A stretch of 32,863 nucleotides of DNA, taken from NCBI RefSeq assembly GCF_001194135.2, contig NC_069004.1:20945611-20978473 (forward strand), written 5' to 3'. Of this stretch, positions 32,651 to 32,863 are shown piece by piece (positions within the stretch are counted from its first letter, which is position 1; each line of letters starts with the position of its first letter). Below the pieces are notes generated by a model that saw only the letters and a program-made list of their open reading frames with translations, did not search any database and had not been told where the DNA came from. The stretch is from Octopus bimaculoides (lineage: Eukaryota). Made by a program: the position numbers and the translations under genes.

Positions 32651-32863
32651 TTACAGAGGCATCAAGCTGTTAGATCAGGTTATGAAAGTTACAGAGAGGG
32701 TCATAGCCCAACTAATTAGGGAGCGAATCAATTTAGATGAGATGCAGTTTGGGTTCGTGCCAGGTAAAAGCACTACTGATGCCTTATTTCTAGTGAGACA
32801 GTTGCAGGAGAAATACCTAGCTAAGGATAAACCTCTGTACCTGGCTTTCGTTGACATGGAGAA
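32650..32863 (+). mobile_element. 5'-truncated RTE LINE RT fragment (runs off right edge)
   Basis: NYRGIKLLDQVMKVTERVIAQLIRERINLDEMQFGFVPGKSTTDALFLVRQLQEKYLAKDKPLYLAFVDME, homologous to 6460-6670. Confidence 0.92.

Overview
This is AT-rich, microsatellite-rich animal genomic DNA with six N-gaps. The SINE and LINE families look octopus/cephalopod-like, which is an inference from recognised repeats. The only host gene I can support is a divergent Rab5/17/22-group small GTPase on the minus strand. Three exons (21094-21220, 14675-14767, 1054-1172) have canonical GT-AG sites and matching phases. They splice to NSFANATTSWWKKVQKHGSANLVVALVGNKCDLEASRKVKTTDGKSFADSNGAVFVETSALTSTNLVFLLQEIAQKLPPTSCEEVEAGNDSSSKPVSDSTSKTSKKSGCNLS*, ending in a single-Cys CaaX-type box. 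The G1-G3 exons are not visible and lie either in gaps or beyond the right edge. Most of the rest is transposon-derived intron with several nests. (1) A Mag-like Gypsy is split by a complete DD36E Tc1-like element and by a 3.2-kb RTE LINE carrying a PHD-type finger inside its RT. (2) A mariner is split by an RTE. (3) A Penelope-like element is split by a full-length DD34D mariner. Also present are a near-intact BovB-like RTE, a fold-back mariner derivative, a TTAA piggyBac-type MITE, CR1-like fragments, several SINEs and a perfect 45-bp palindrome. No rRNA, true tRNA or CRISPR array was found.
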